Of a DNA stretch of 64,000 nucleotides, positions 22,535 to 32,855 are shown in pieces. The stretch comes from a virus. Lineage: Duplodnaviria; Caudoviricetes. A program made the position numbers and the translations under genes. The notes below the pieces were generated by a model. The model saw only the letters and a list, made by a program, of their open reading frames with translations, had not been told where the DNA came from and did not search any database. How positions within the stretch are numbered: position 1 is the first letter of the stretch; each line of letters opens with the position of its first letter. The stretch is from the IMG/VR virus record IMGVR_UViG_3300021387_000357, positions 1 to 64,000 of that record; one strand, written 5' to 3'.

Positions 22535-22885
22535 ATGGAAAAAATTAGATCATGTCCCTTTTGTGGGGCGCCTCCGAGAGTAACTACCTGGGATCATGGA
22601 GCTTATGTATCATGTTGGAATCCTGCTTGTCCATGTGTTCCTTCAACGCTTGTTTGCCGTACCGCAGAAGAAGCTATTAATTTTTGGAACCATGGACCCG
22701 AAAAAGTGGATGTTGTTAAAGTGATTAAATGTAAGAACTGCAAACACAGACCGACGGGAGAGAATAGGGATAATTTAGAATTCCCTGATGATAAATGCCC
22801 ATGCAAATGTGAAGATTACTGGTATTCATGGAAACCAGCGGATGATTGGTTTTGTGGAAATGGCGAACGAAAAAATGATGAATAG
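22535..22885 (+). CDS. Lar-like zinc-ribbon protein fused to a second Cys-rich module
   Basis: CPFCG...EEAINFWN, then VIKCKNCKH...DDWFCGNGER. Confidence 0.65.
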   Translation: MEKIRSCPFCGAPPRVTTWDHGAYVSCWNPACPCVPSTLVCRTAEEAINFWNHGPEKVDVVKVIKCKNCKHRPTGENRDNLEFPDDKCPCKCEDYWYSWKPADDWFCGNGERKNDE

Positions 22886-23044
22886 GAATAATAGTTATTA
22901 TACAGATAAAAATTAAAACAACTTAATAATATACTATAACCTTATAATTTTTAAAATAAAGCTGTAAATCCACAACTTTATTTTTTTTTAAATTTTTTAT
23001 ATAATATATATATAAGATAAAGAAAGAAAGATGGTAGTAAAAAT

Positions 23045-23227
23045 ATGCGGACAGTTCCAAAAAAAGATATGATATGTTGTTATCCTTCTGATATGAGAAT
23101 ATCTAAAGAATATCCCGATGGAGTCTATTGTAAATGTGGTAATATTATTAAATTTAAAAATAGAAAACCATATGAAACTGTTAAGGTTATATGCCCAATT
23201 TGTAATTTTACAATAATTTATGGATAA
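23045..23227 (+). CDS. small Cys-rich hypothetical protein
   Basis: Promoter, RBS, CKCG...CPIC. Confidence 0.6.
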   Translation: MRTVPKKDMICCYPSDMRISKEYPDGVYCKCGNIIKFKNRKPYETVKVICPICNFTIIYG

Positions 23228-23256
23228 ATCAAATTGAGAAAGGAATGGTGGTGAGT

Positions 23257-24171
23257 ATGGGAAAAATTTTTGTAGCTGATTCTTACAAGAATATGCAGAT
23301 TGTTTCTGAGCCTTTTGAAAATGAAAAGGGTAAAAAGGTAGTAAAAGTAAAATGTAAATGTGATAGATGTTCTGGTCTTGGTATCATTGTGGCAAGAATT
23401 GAAAACAATCAGTATATTCCCATTCCTGTTGATGGCGGTGTGTGCTATAAGTGTGGAGGGACTGGTACAGTAGAAAAAATAGTCCGCACTTATACTGAAA
23501 AAGAATACAATGCGCTTCAGAAAGCTAAAGAGAGAAATACTCAGAAGAAGGCTGAAGAAAGAGCAAAAAGAGAAAAAGAACTTCTTGATAATGCCGAAAA
23601 GTATAAACATGAAGTCGCTTTAAAACTTGGTTTTGGTGAAGATGAAAAAGTTTATCTTGTTTATGGCGACGATACTTATGCCATTAAAGATGAGCTGAAG
23701 CGACTAGGAGCAAGATTTGACCCTACTCTTAAATGGTTCTTTTCTAAAGAGGTTGAACTTCCTGAGGGTTATAAACTTTATGGGATGAGTTTTGATGAAC
23801 TTTATAACTACAATCCGCTCTCAAAATGGGCAGAGTTTAAAGAGGACGCTAAATCTATTGTTTCTCGAAAAATGATCGAGTTAAAGGGACCGTCTACTTC
23901 TAAATTCTATCCTGGTGTTGAGAAAGAACGTATTCGTAACATTACTGCAAAGGTAAAAAGCATCCGCGGTTTTGAGGGTACATATGGCTATACCGCCATT
24001 TACACTTTTACTTCTGAGGATTATGTATTTGTTTGGATGTCCTCTAAGTGCGATGTTGATTTTGCTGTTGGTGATACTGTTGACCTTGCTGGTACTATCA
24101 AGAAGTTTGATGAGTACGCTGGTGTCAAAAATACATATCTTACCAGATGCATTATTAAACCTATTCAATAA
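23257..24171 (+). CDS. DnaJ-type zinc finger + C-terminal OB-fold protein
   Basis: CDRCSGLG and CYKCGGTG repeats; C-terminal GDTVDLAGTIK OB-like strands. Confidence 0.65.
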   Translation: MGKIFVADSYKNMQIVSEPFENEKGKKVVKVKCKCDRCSGLGIIVARIENNQYIPIPVDGGVCYKCGGTGTVEKIVRTYTEKEYNALQKAKERNTQKKAEERAKREKELLDNAEKYKHEVALKLGFGEDEKVYLVYGDDTYAIKDELKRLGARFDPTLKWFFSKEVELPEGYKLYGMSFDELYNYNPLSKWAEFKEDAKSIVSRKMIELKGPSTSKFYPGVEKERIRNITAKVKSIRGFEGTYGYTAIYTFTSEDYVFVWMSSKCDVDFAVGDTVDLAGTIKKFDEYAGVKNTYLTRCIIKPIQ

Positions 24172-24251
24172 TTTTTATCAACGGAAGATAAAGATCTTCC
24201 GTTGATTTTTTTATAAAATTGTTATATAATATATATAACAATAAAAAAATA

Positions 24252-24947
24252 ATGAATAGGATAACATATATGACTTTTAACAACGAAGCAGTAAATGATA
24301 TTTTAGAAATTATTTTTCCATTGCCTGAAAGATTTGGATTATTTAAAGATGAACCTGTTAATTTTGAATCAATACAACAGTTAATAAAAAGTGTTGATTT
24401 AAGAGCTAAAATTAATTTTGGTGTATCTAAAATTGTTATTACTTCTCCAAATTTTAATAATGTTGTAATAAAAATTCCTTTTAATGGAGAATTTTGTTAC
24501 GATGGTGACTGGGAACCATTTCATTGGGCGCCAGGATCTGATAGTTCAGATTATTGTTTAGCAGAATATGAAAAATATCTTCAACTTAAAGAACTTGGAT
24601 TAAGTTGTTTTGTTGCAAAAACACTTTATTATAAAACAATAAATAATACTCGTGTTTTTATTCAAGAGAAAGTTATACCAGAAGATAATGTCTGTGTTTT
24701 TGATTTTCTACCTTCTTTTAAATCTAAAGAAATTGCGGATGAATGGCAAAAGGAAGGTCAATCTGTATTTAATGCATATTGGACTGCCAATTGTTTAGAT
24801 AAGTATGGAAAATCAAAAGTAGAAAAATTTTTAAATTATTGTAATGAAGTAGACCTTGATATTCTGGAAGATATGCACTCAGGTAACTACGGATATCGTA
24901 AAAATGGCACGCCCGCCATTTTAGATTATTCAAATTTCTTAGATTAA
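24252..24947 (+). CDS. protein-kinase-like fold protein
   Basis: GVSKIV, VVIKIP, DMHSGNYG catalytic loop, ILDYS. Confidence 0.65.
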   Translation: MNRITYMTFNNEAVNDILEIIFPLPERFGLFKDEPVNFESIQQLIKSVDLRAKINFGVSKIVITSPNFNNVVIKIPFNGEFCYDGDWEPFHWAPGSDSSDYCLAEYEKYLQLKELGLSCFVAKTLYYKTINNTRVFIQEKVIPEDNVCVFDFLPSFKSKEIADEWQKEGQSVFNAYWTANCLDKYGKSKVEKFLNYCNEVDLDILEDMHSGNYGYRKNGTPAILDYSNFLD

Positions 24948-25077
24948 AGGAGTAAATTATGCAGTACGTTTTAATGGGTTTTTTATGCGGAATTCTTACT
25001 GTTGGAGTTATTAAATTAAATGATATTGCTTTCGAACTGCATGAAATTGCAAAAAAGATTAAAGGAGAATAATAAAA

Positions 25078-26728
25078 ATGACTGAACGTGAGGTGGCTTG
25101 TATTTATTATATGTATGAAGGCGGTTGTTCTAAAGGAAAAAAGGGAACCTTTAGAGAAGCTTGTCAAATTTGTAAAAAGTACAAACCCAGAACAGGAACT
25201 GCGCCTGCCCGCGCAAATCTAAAAAAGAAAAAAATGGAAAAAATTAGAGAACGTGATATTCGACAGATGTTGCGTGATTATTAATTTATTCATTCTCTTT
25301 TGATTTTTTTAAAAATATATTATATAATATCTTTAGAAAATGAAGAAAGGATTTTTATAAAATTTCTATTATAATGAATTTTTTCTTTGAAAGGAGTAAT
25401 AATGAGTAGAAGTCCTTATTTTTACGTTGAGCGATTTGATAGAAATACAAATAAATATGAACTTCAGCATCCAATCGTTTGGAATTATAATCATACAAAA
25501 CAGGAAATAGCAGATCTATTTCCCTACAATGGAAATCATGATCTTTTTTCTATTGTAGAACAAAATGGTGATTTTTCAGAGATGCATGGTATTCATAGCG
25601 GGCTTCCAATGAATGTATCAACAGAAATTGAACAGTCTTATAATGATTGTTGTGAAACAATCTCTGTAAAGGGAGAAAAAAGAACCTTTTCTCCTACAGT
25701 AAGATGGTTCACCTATTCAGATATGTATATTTATTGTCTTAAAAATCCAAAAGTGTTGGATTATGAAGCCATGGATATGCAGCCTGATGAAAAAGAAATT
25801 TTTAAAGATAATCCAATGATGGGTCTTAAAGAACGCATAGATGCTTTTCTTAGTGTAATGGACAGTTGGAGTTGGGAGGATGATTACAGTTTAATTCGTA
25901 TCGTTTATTGGATTATGTAAAGGAGCAATTAAATGATTGCGTTTATTTTGGGGATCTGGGTAGGATTTTGGCTCGGTGTAATATTTGGATGTATTAATTT
26001 TTAAAAAAGGAGATCATTATGATATATTCTACTTCTTTTTGTATTCATATGAAAACTATGACTGGATCATATTTTGAGCCACCAGAATCTTGGTGTGAAT
26101 TAAATTCTGAATATGACTGCAACAGCTGTCCACATCGTTATTCAAAAGAAGATTATGAATGTGATAGGGCAGATTATGAATATGACAGATATAGAGACTC
26201 CCTTGAATTTTAATAAAAATTTTATTATAATATTTATATAAAAAAGGAAGGAAGTATTTATATGAATGATATTTGGTATTATGAATATATTGTAAAAATT
26301 TGGGATGATGTTGAAGATAAAGAAGAAATTCGTTGCGGCGTTGTTCCGGCAGAGTCTATGATTGAAGCAACTAAAGAAATTTGTAATTATTATCCAGAAG
26401 AAATCATGGAGATTCAGATGCTTAAGGCAATTGTTGATGGAAAAGTATTTGAATTTAATTATGCAACTGAGGATACTGATTTTGATTTTCGTTTCATTAA
26501 AAAGGAGTAAATGAAATGATTTTTCCTGAATTACTTTTTTATGCGGAAGCCGAAGGATTACTACCAACAAGAGCAGGAAAAATTAATGCTATTATTAATG
26601 AAATTAAAAATTATCCAGCACCAGTAATAGATCAGACGCATTTTGAAAGAATTTTAAATTGCTATGGATTGAGTATTAATGATCTTTCAAATCGAGAAAT
26701 TAATTATATCAATGCTAGTATTCGCTAA
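25078..26728 (+). CDS. hypothetical genes (25078..25284, 25402..25920, 26019..26213, 26262..26510, 26516..26728)
   Basis: ORF track; RBSs; TTGATT-type promoters. Confidence 0.7.
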
Positions 26729-26836
26729 GAGGTGGCGATAAACAGACCGCCGCTTGAAATTTTAAAAAATTTTTAGTATAATATATATGTAAGATAAAGA
26801 AAGAACAAAACACAAATAAAAAGGAGATTATACGTT

Positions 26837-27241
26837 ATGGAAAATACTGTTAAGAAGACTAAGGCTATGTATTTTGCGGAGCTTCGTGAGATGGTGCTTG
26901 CGGCTGTTGAGGATCAGGCGCAGCAGGATGAGCTGATTGATTTTATTGATAAGCAGGTTGAGACTCTAAATAAGCGTAAGATTGCCGCGGCTGATCGTGC
27001 AGCTAAGAAGAGAGCAGAGTCTGATGCTCTTACTGAGGAGATTCTGGGAGTAATCGGTGTCAATCCGATGACTGTTGATGAAATTGTTCTTGCACTTGAT
27101 AATGAAGAGGTTACGCGTAATAAGGTAACAGCTCGTCTTGGCAAGCTTGTAAAGAATGAGTCCATTGTCAAGGTCGATGTTAAAGTCGATGGTAAGAAGA
27201 GAATGGCTTATCAGTTGCCTAATGCGGATGTAGATGAGTAA
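26837..27241 (+). CDS. winged-helix-like protein, distant MTKREMF paralog 4
   Basis: ELIDFIDKQVETLNKRK matches AFIDHEIELLDKKK; C-terminal wHTH-like segment. Confidence 0.7.
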   Translation: MENTVKKTKAMYFAELREMVLAAVEDQAQQDELIDFIDKQVETLNKRKIAAADRAAKKRAESDALTEEILGVIGVNPMTVDEIVLALDNEEVTRNKVTARLGKLVKNESIVKVDVKVDGKKRMAYQLPNADVDE

Positions 27242-27310
27242 TTTTGAATAAAATTGAATTAAATAAAGGGGAGATATAATAGTCTCCCCTTTATTTGCAT
27301 AGGAGAAAAT

Positions 27311-28105
27311 ATGTTTTGTTTAAATTATTATCCATCTTAGAAATACTTTTAGAATATAGATGAATTAAAAATTAAGTATCGCCGCGCTGACCGTACTTTA
27401 CCAGATTTTTTAGAAAAATATAAAGATAAGTCTATCGTTATTGATGTTTCAGATTCATTTGAGGATATTGATGCAACACTTTTAAAAGGACTAAGTGAAA
27501 AATATAATAATATAAAAATTATTTTTGATTTTTATAATGAAGATTTTTTAACAAGAGCAAAAAATTATAATATTCCATTCTTTTTTTTAAATCCAGTTAC
27601 AACGATAGATCAATTACATGGATTTTTAAATCATCATCCTACTGATATGTATATTTGTTAGGAGTTGGGTTTTTCATTAGATAAAATTAGTAAAATATTA
27701 CACGATCATAATATAAAAGTGCGGGTATATCCTAATATTTGTCAATCTAGTTTTTCAAAAACACCTAGTATAAAAACTTTTTTTATTAGACCAGAAGATA
27801 TTTCAGTTTATTCTGCTTTTGTTGATGTATTTGAATTAATTGCAGATGAAAAAAGACAACAAGTATTATTTAAAATTTATCAACAAGGTAAATGGTTTGG
27901 TAAAATAAAAGATTTAATTCCAACTTATAAAGGAGAATTGGATAGCAAATATATTCTTAGTTCTTTTGGTAAAATTAGATGTAAATGCGGCAAGCGGTGT
28001 ATGTATAAACCTGAAAGCTGTTCTATATGCGACAGATTTTTAGAACTTGCTGACACTCTAAAAGAGAATAATATTATAGTACGAAAAGAAAAGATTAATA
28101 ATTGA
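27311..28105 (+). CDS. peptidase U32-like / TIM-barrel phage protein (three in-frame TAG)
   Basis: ATG 27311 with AGGAG RBS; frame joins ORF 27665..28105 through TAGs; C-terminal CGKRC...CSIC. Confidence 0.6.
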
Positions 28106-28151
28106 TTTTTTAAAATTTTTTTGATATAATATATATATAAGATAAAGAAAG

Positions 28152-28319
28152 AATATCGGTAGACAAGCATTAAAAGTCGTGAAGAGAATAAAGCTGGTTA
28201 TACGTAAGAACGCAGAGGGGAGACACCTCATAGAGCAGGGGAAGTTCCGTAAGATACTCTAAAAACGAATCGTGCAATCTTACTCAGATGCGTGTGATTG
28301 AAACTGCACACCCGATATT
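28152..28319 (+). ncRNA. candidate structured RNA
   Basis: Directly after a promoter; closed by AATATCGG/CCGATATT; internal hairpins. Confidence 0.35.
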
Positions 28320-28342
28320 TAAATAAAGGAAGAGGTAAAAAT

Positions 28343-29835
28343 ATGAGTGCAAAAGGTTCAATTTTAAAACAGGAGATTGCAAGTAAAATTCTGGCGACGT
28401 TTCCTGGAAGTTTTTTGTATAATGATGGTAAAGAAATCCGTATTAACGGGACTGAGAATGGAGAAAAGTTGCAAATTAAGGTAACTCTTACGGCGGCTAA
28501 GGTTGCTGTTGAAGGTGGAAGCGACATTACTCTACCTGGAGAGGCGGCAACTGTAGATGTAAAACCCGCAGGAATGAATGAAAAAATTCCTCAGGAACCG
28601 ACCGCAGAAGAGAAAGAAAGACTTACCACTTTATTAAATAAATTAGGATTATAAAATTATGTTCAATAGTGGAATAAATAAAGATATTCATTATAGAGTT
28701 ATTTTATATGATGACCACGGAGAGGTAATTGAAGATACTACAATTATAGGCCAAGATAATGCTTATAATTATGGAGAAAAAAGAGCTTTGGAATTAGGAA
28801 AAAGAAAAACCGATTTTACTGTAAAAGTTTGTTAAGGAGATAATTATGGGAGCAGGAGTTCATCTTTATCAAATGACTTGTTGGGAATCAGTAGGACATT
28901 GGTATGTAAATGATGTTAAAAATCTTAGTGGACGCTCTGCTAAATGGTATACTCCTATGCGAATCTTAGAAGTTTCTGTTGAGGAATATGTTGATCTTTT
29001 ATTAAATACATTTCATGCAAAAGGATTAAGTTATTATGCTTCCACAGATTATTTAGCTTTTTATTTCTCAAAAGAAAAAGACGCTAAGGCATTTTGCTCA
29101 TATATAAACAAGCAGGCACGGATTAAAAATTATTGTTGTGCATAAGGTGATATTATGTACTCTATTGTTAATGAAAAATATTATAAGCTTTATGATGCAA
29201 AAGTTCATGAATTTATTGATTATTTTTATTCAAAAGATGAATTAATAAATTTTATTGCTAAATGGTATCGTATTAGTGAATGGGTAGACAATTTCTTTAG
29301 GTATCATAAAAGTGTAAATAATTCTTTTATTGAACAGTGTACTTGTGATGTAAATGAATTATTCAAAAGCAGTTGGGATCAGTATTACAGATGTTATATT
29401 CTTTATGATAATTTTGATAGAATTATCAATGTTCACGATTTTGAATCGGATGCTTTAAAGTTATATCAAAATTGGAAAGCAAAAGATAAGATTAATACAT
29501 ATAGTTGGTCATTTTTTACATGGAGATTATGGAGACGTCGTTTAAAATCTCATAAATATGAGTTCTTGAGAAGGATGAATTCTAATTATAGATATAGAAA
29601 AGATCCAGTTCCTCATACACGAAAACGGCGCGGCGGTCCGAGCCATTCTTCTCCGCACACTGTAAAACTTATAAAAATATATAAAAATCCTGAATATAAA
29701 ACATTTAATCGCGGTTCTATTCATAATATTCCAACTTGGTGGGATGATAGAACTAGATGTGTTCAACGCTCTTGGAAAGAGCAATCAAAAGCTAGACATC
29801 AATGGCAAAGAAAAAAATTAGGACAAGTTTTGTAA
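28343..29835 (+). CDS. hypothetical genes (28343..28654, 28846..29145, 29155..29835)
   Basis: ORF track; RBSs. Confidence 0.7.
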
Positions 29836-30051
29836 AATGAATTAATTAAATTTTAAATAAGAGTAGTCTTCTGAAACATCTATTGATTTTTAATAAAAAT
29901 TTTGATATAATATATACATAAGATAAAGAGAATATGATTGTTTCAGAGGTTAAAGTTGCTTTTGCGGGGGTTGAGTCAAGCGCCGATTCCCGCAAAAAAC
30001 AAAAAACTTGAAGATTTTAAAAATTTTTGATATAATATATATACAAAGTTA

Positions 30052-30212
30052 AAGACAGTAAAAACAGCAAATATAAATTAATTCAGATGAATTCTTGTTT
30101 AATTAAACACTTTTTTGATGGAAGGTTAAGTAAAAGGATTAAAATTTTATTTGTTTTAATTTTATATAATCGCCTAAATTATGGGAAAATAAAAAAGGAA
30201 CTTACTGTCTTG
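30052..30212 (+). ncRNA. ACAGCAA-motif RNA copy 1 (Y-RNA-like candidate)
   Basis: AAGACAGTAA/TTACTGTCTT terminal stem + ACAGCAA; right after promoter 30008-30036. Confidence 0.65.
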
Positions 30213-30216
30213 TTGA

Positions 30217-30290
30217 GGATTGGTAGCTCAGTTGGTTAGAGCGCGCGCCTGTTAAGCGTGATGTCGCGAGTTCAAGTCTCGCCCTTTCCG
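30217..30290 (+). tRNA. trnN: tRNA-Asn(GTT)
   Basis: Cloverleaf, loop CTGTTAA; two T-T mismatches in acceptor. Confidence 0.85.
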
Positions 30291-30481
30291 CTCATGGTTT
30301 GAAATTTATCCATTTGTCAAAAAAAATTTCTAAGTTTTGAGTATGAAACCGCTTTCATGATTGGATAAAGTCAAGAAATCATGTGCTTGTAAGTTAAAGG
30401 AACTTACCCGTCGATCAGCGGCAGAGTGATTGGGGCTGCGGGAGCCCAGAAAAGTACGAAGGGTGACGCCATCCGCAATAA

Positions 30482-30555
30482 GCCGCTGTAGCCGAATTGG
30501 CATAGGCGCTAGTCCTAGGAACTAGAATTTGAGGGTTCGAATCCCCCCAGCGGTA
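30482..30555 (+). tRNA. trnL: tRNA-Leu(TAG), short variable arm
   Basis: Cloverleaf; loop CCTAGGA (C33 atypical). Confidence 0.8.
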
Positions 30556-30781
30556 TTTAGTGTTCGTTCAAGAACTTAACACTTAAAACTTCAGTTCTTG
30601 TGACTTTGGAGATTGCTTGCAAGATCCTCACCAGTTTAATAAGAACTTAAAGATGGCGAAAGCCTTTAGCTGAGAGTGTTTTTGGGAGGTTTTTGACCGT
30701 ACCATTACTGAGGAAGAAAAACTGACATCTCATGAGAGCGCTTTACTAGTGCGTCCCTTAAGGGGGAAACTAGTAGATTTT

Positions 30782-30855
30782 ACTTCCGAAGAGGAACAAG
30801 CAGACTCATCCGCCTGTCACGCGGAAGATAGCGGGGGCAGCACCCGTCGGGAGTG
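30782..30855 (+). tRNA. trnD: tRNA-Asp(GTC), atypical D/T loops
   Basis: ACTTCCG/CGGGAGT acceptor, TCCGC-CTGTCAC-GCGGA, T loop GGCAGCA. Confidence 0.75.
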
Positions 30856-31184
30856 CTTCAAGGAGCGTAAAGCTTGAATTAACAAGATATGACGTGCCAC
30901 ACGAATTAAATAAGGTGGCGCACGAACGGTAATCATTCCGTGTTTAATGTAGTGGTCTCGTGAGCGACGAACGCGGCTCCTAGGGTTTTTTTCGTTTGTA
31001 CCTAACAGTTCCAAAAACAAACATATATTAGAGGTCTTAACACGGATTTAGCACTTCAACTACCACCAATCTGCGGGGTATGTGGCATAGCGGAAAAGCC
31101 TCTCTAAAAAATAAAAAGCGAAGTAAAGTGCATTCCTCCAGTTTGGCGGAGTTCATCGAGGAGGTAAACCTAAACCGCCATTTT

Positions 31185-31258
31185 GCTGAAGTGATGGAAC
31201 AGGCATACATACCAAGCTCAAACCTTGGGTTTTACGAGTTCAAATCTCGTCTTCAGTA
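31185..31258 (+). tRNA. trnL: tRNA-Leu(CAA), short variable arm
   Basis: Cloverleaf; loop CTCAAAC. Confidence 0.85.
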
Positions 31259-31431
31259 TTTATCAATAAAAGAATGAGGGGAAGCCTAGCGACAGGGGAG
31301 GAAGCGATCCAATAAGTCCTCGTAGGCACTAGCAAAACTATAAATTGGTATACATCGTAACCAACATCGCGGAAAGTAGTTCTTTTATTGATATTTTTAA
31401 AAATTTATATTATAATATAAATATAAAAGAT

Positions 31432-31546
31432 AAGACACATACAGCAAAAATACATTGTAGGTTTAGCCAAAAGGAAAAGGCATATTTAATTTATTAATAC
31501 TATTATTGGTTCGAATCCAATAACCCACTCACATGTAAGTGTCTTG
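31432..31546 (+). ncRNA. ACAGCAA-motif RNA copy 2, enclosing a full tRNA-like cloverleaf
   Basis: AAGACAC/GTGTCTT stem; inside: GTAGGTT/AACCCAC, D arm GCC..GGC, ATTGG-TTCGAAT-CCAAT; degenerate anticodon arm; follows promoter 31388-31416. Confidence 0.7.
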
Positions 31547-31552
31547 ATTTTT

Positions 31553-31625
31553 GGCCCCGTCGACAAGCGGTCTAAGTCGTCGCCCTTTCACGGCGGAATC
31601 GTGGGTTCAAATCCCGCCGGGGTCA
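31553..31625 (+). tRNA. trnE: tRNA-Glu(TTC)
   Basis: Cloverleaf; loop CTTTCAC. Confidence 0.9.
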
Positions 31626-31757
31626 TTTAAATTATAATTCAATTTAATATATAATAAATAGTGGTGCCATGAGACGGGTATCTGGCTTAATTCTCCCCCG
31701 CAAGTACGCGCGAATGAAATTCTTGGAACATAGCCATTACTTATTATATAATATTTT

Positions 31758-31830
31758 GGTTTCTTCGACTAATTGGTAAGTCAATAGCCTATCACAGCTA
31801 ATTTTGTGAGTTCGAATCTCTCAGAAACCA
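31758..31830 (+). tRNA. tRNA with 8-nt anticodon loop (CTATCACA), identity unclear
   Basis: GGTTTCT/AGAAACC acceptor, GAC/GTC D stem, TTCGAAT T loop. Confidence 0.6.
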
Positions 31831-31832
31831 AT

Positions 31833-31906
31833 TGCGAGATAGAGCAGTCTGGTAGCTCATCAGTCTCATAAACTGAAGGTCGAAGGTTCAAGTCCTTCTC
31901 TCGCCA
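31833..31906 (+). tRNA. trnM: tRNA-Met(CAT), initiator-like body
   Basis: 1:72 mismatch and fMet-like D/variable sequence, but the anticodon stem lacks the three G-C pairs. Confidence 0.85.
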
Positions 31907-31911
31907 TTTAT

Positions 31912-32001
31912 CTAACAATAGTTTAAGTATGGTGCCAAAAATAAATCCATAGGAAAAACACCTCGCGCAAGGAGATAATAGTTCAAATCTATTTTGTTAG
32001 G
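31912..32001 (+). ncRNA. degenerate tRNA-like element with hairpin inserted in D loop
   Basis: CTAACAA/TTGTTAG acceptor, GTTT/AAAC D stem with TATGG..CCATA insert, AATAG-TTCAAAT-CTATT. Confidence 0.5.
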
Positions 32002-32005
32002 TTAA

Positions 32006-32079
32006 GGCCCGGTAGTGGAGCGGTTTAACACAGCTGACTCTAAATCAGCGGAACCTGGGTTCGAACCCCAGTCGGGTCC
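32006..32079 (+). tRNA. amber suppressor tRNA (anticodon CTA), tRNA-Glu-like body
   Basis: GCTGA-CTCTAAA-TCAGC anticodon arm; GGCCCGG/TCGGGTC acceptor; canonical T arm. Confidence 0.9.
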
Positions 32080-32312
32080 CCTCGATAAACATAATCTTTA
32101 CGCAGATATGTATTATCAAAAAGTTTTTTACCTTTTGTTCTTTAAAAACGTAAAGGTGACTAAAGAAGTCAAAATGCACTTCTTCCCCTGCTTGGGGTGA
32201 AAAGTGGTTATTTAATGATTCCTGCCAGAAGACGAATCATTACCCTCCGATGCGTAAAAAGGATAGAGGGTGCGAATATCTATCTTGTATAGTGTATCGG
32301 AACTATACATTT

Positions 32313-32386
32313 GGAACCTTAGTTCAGTTGGTTAGAGCAATCCCCTCATAAGGGATCGGTCCTTGGTTCAAATCCAAGAGGTTCCA
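32313..32386 (+). tRNA. tRNA(CAT), elongator Met or Ile2
   Basis: Cloverleaf; loop CTCATAA. Confidence 0.85.
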
Positions 32387-32691
32387 TTTAATGATGGCTG
32401 AAAGTTTGGAGTATTAACGAAAACCATATAAGTAAACAATATAGAGCTTTTATGCCCCCAATCAGTGAAAAAAGGATAATAGATGTAGCAAGCTGTGATG
32501 CTCAGATACTATAATAGAGGGGTTTGGTATAACATAAAAATCTTCGCCCCAAAGATCTGATTAGAAAATAATAAGAGATTGGACATAACAGTAATTGAGT
32601 GATACGAATATGAAGGACATGAAGTTAAAAGTAGCCAATAAGTGAACATGCTCTGAGAAATCTAATATAGTTCTATCATTAATTTTTAGCT

Positions 32692-32766
32692 GCTCTTCTG
32701 GCGCAATTGGTAGCGCACGGCACTTGTAATGCTGAGGTTGATAGGGTTCGAGTCCCTCGGGGAGCT
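32692..32766 (+). tRNA. trnT: tRNA-Thr(TGT)
   Basis: Cloverleaf; loop CTTGTAA. Confidence 0.85.
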
Positions 32767-32768
32767 TT

Positions 32769-32855
32769 AAGATGCATACAGCAATTATTTCAAGGTTAAA
32801 ACAAAAAATCTGAAAAATTTTTAGTGAGAAAGTTCAAATCTTTCATTGCATCTTG
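32769..32855 (+). ncRNA. ACAGCAA-motif RNA copy 3 with Phe-type anticodon arm and T arm
   Basis: AAGATGCA/TGCATCTT stem; AAAAT-CTGAAAA-ATTTT; GAAAG-TTCAAAT-CTTTC. Confidence 0.7.

Noticed and set aside
31075-31130. Possible second CTA suppressor (GGC..GCC then CTCTAAA)
   Set aside because: No anticodon stem or T arm could be formed
31262-31330. SRP RNA-like motif (CAGG..GGAAG)
   Set aside because: Lacks the AGCAG internal-loop partner and the GNRA-closed helix 8 geometry
32006-32079. Pyrrolysine tRNA
   Set aside because: Normal 5-bp anticodon stem, full D loop and canonical T loop, unlike tRNA-Pyl; no pyl genes seen
30817-32200. ORFs 30817..31020, 31080..31277, 32015..32200
   Set aside because: They overlap tRNA genes or structured spacers and lack RBSs
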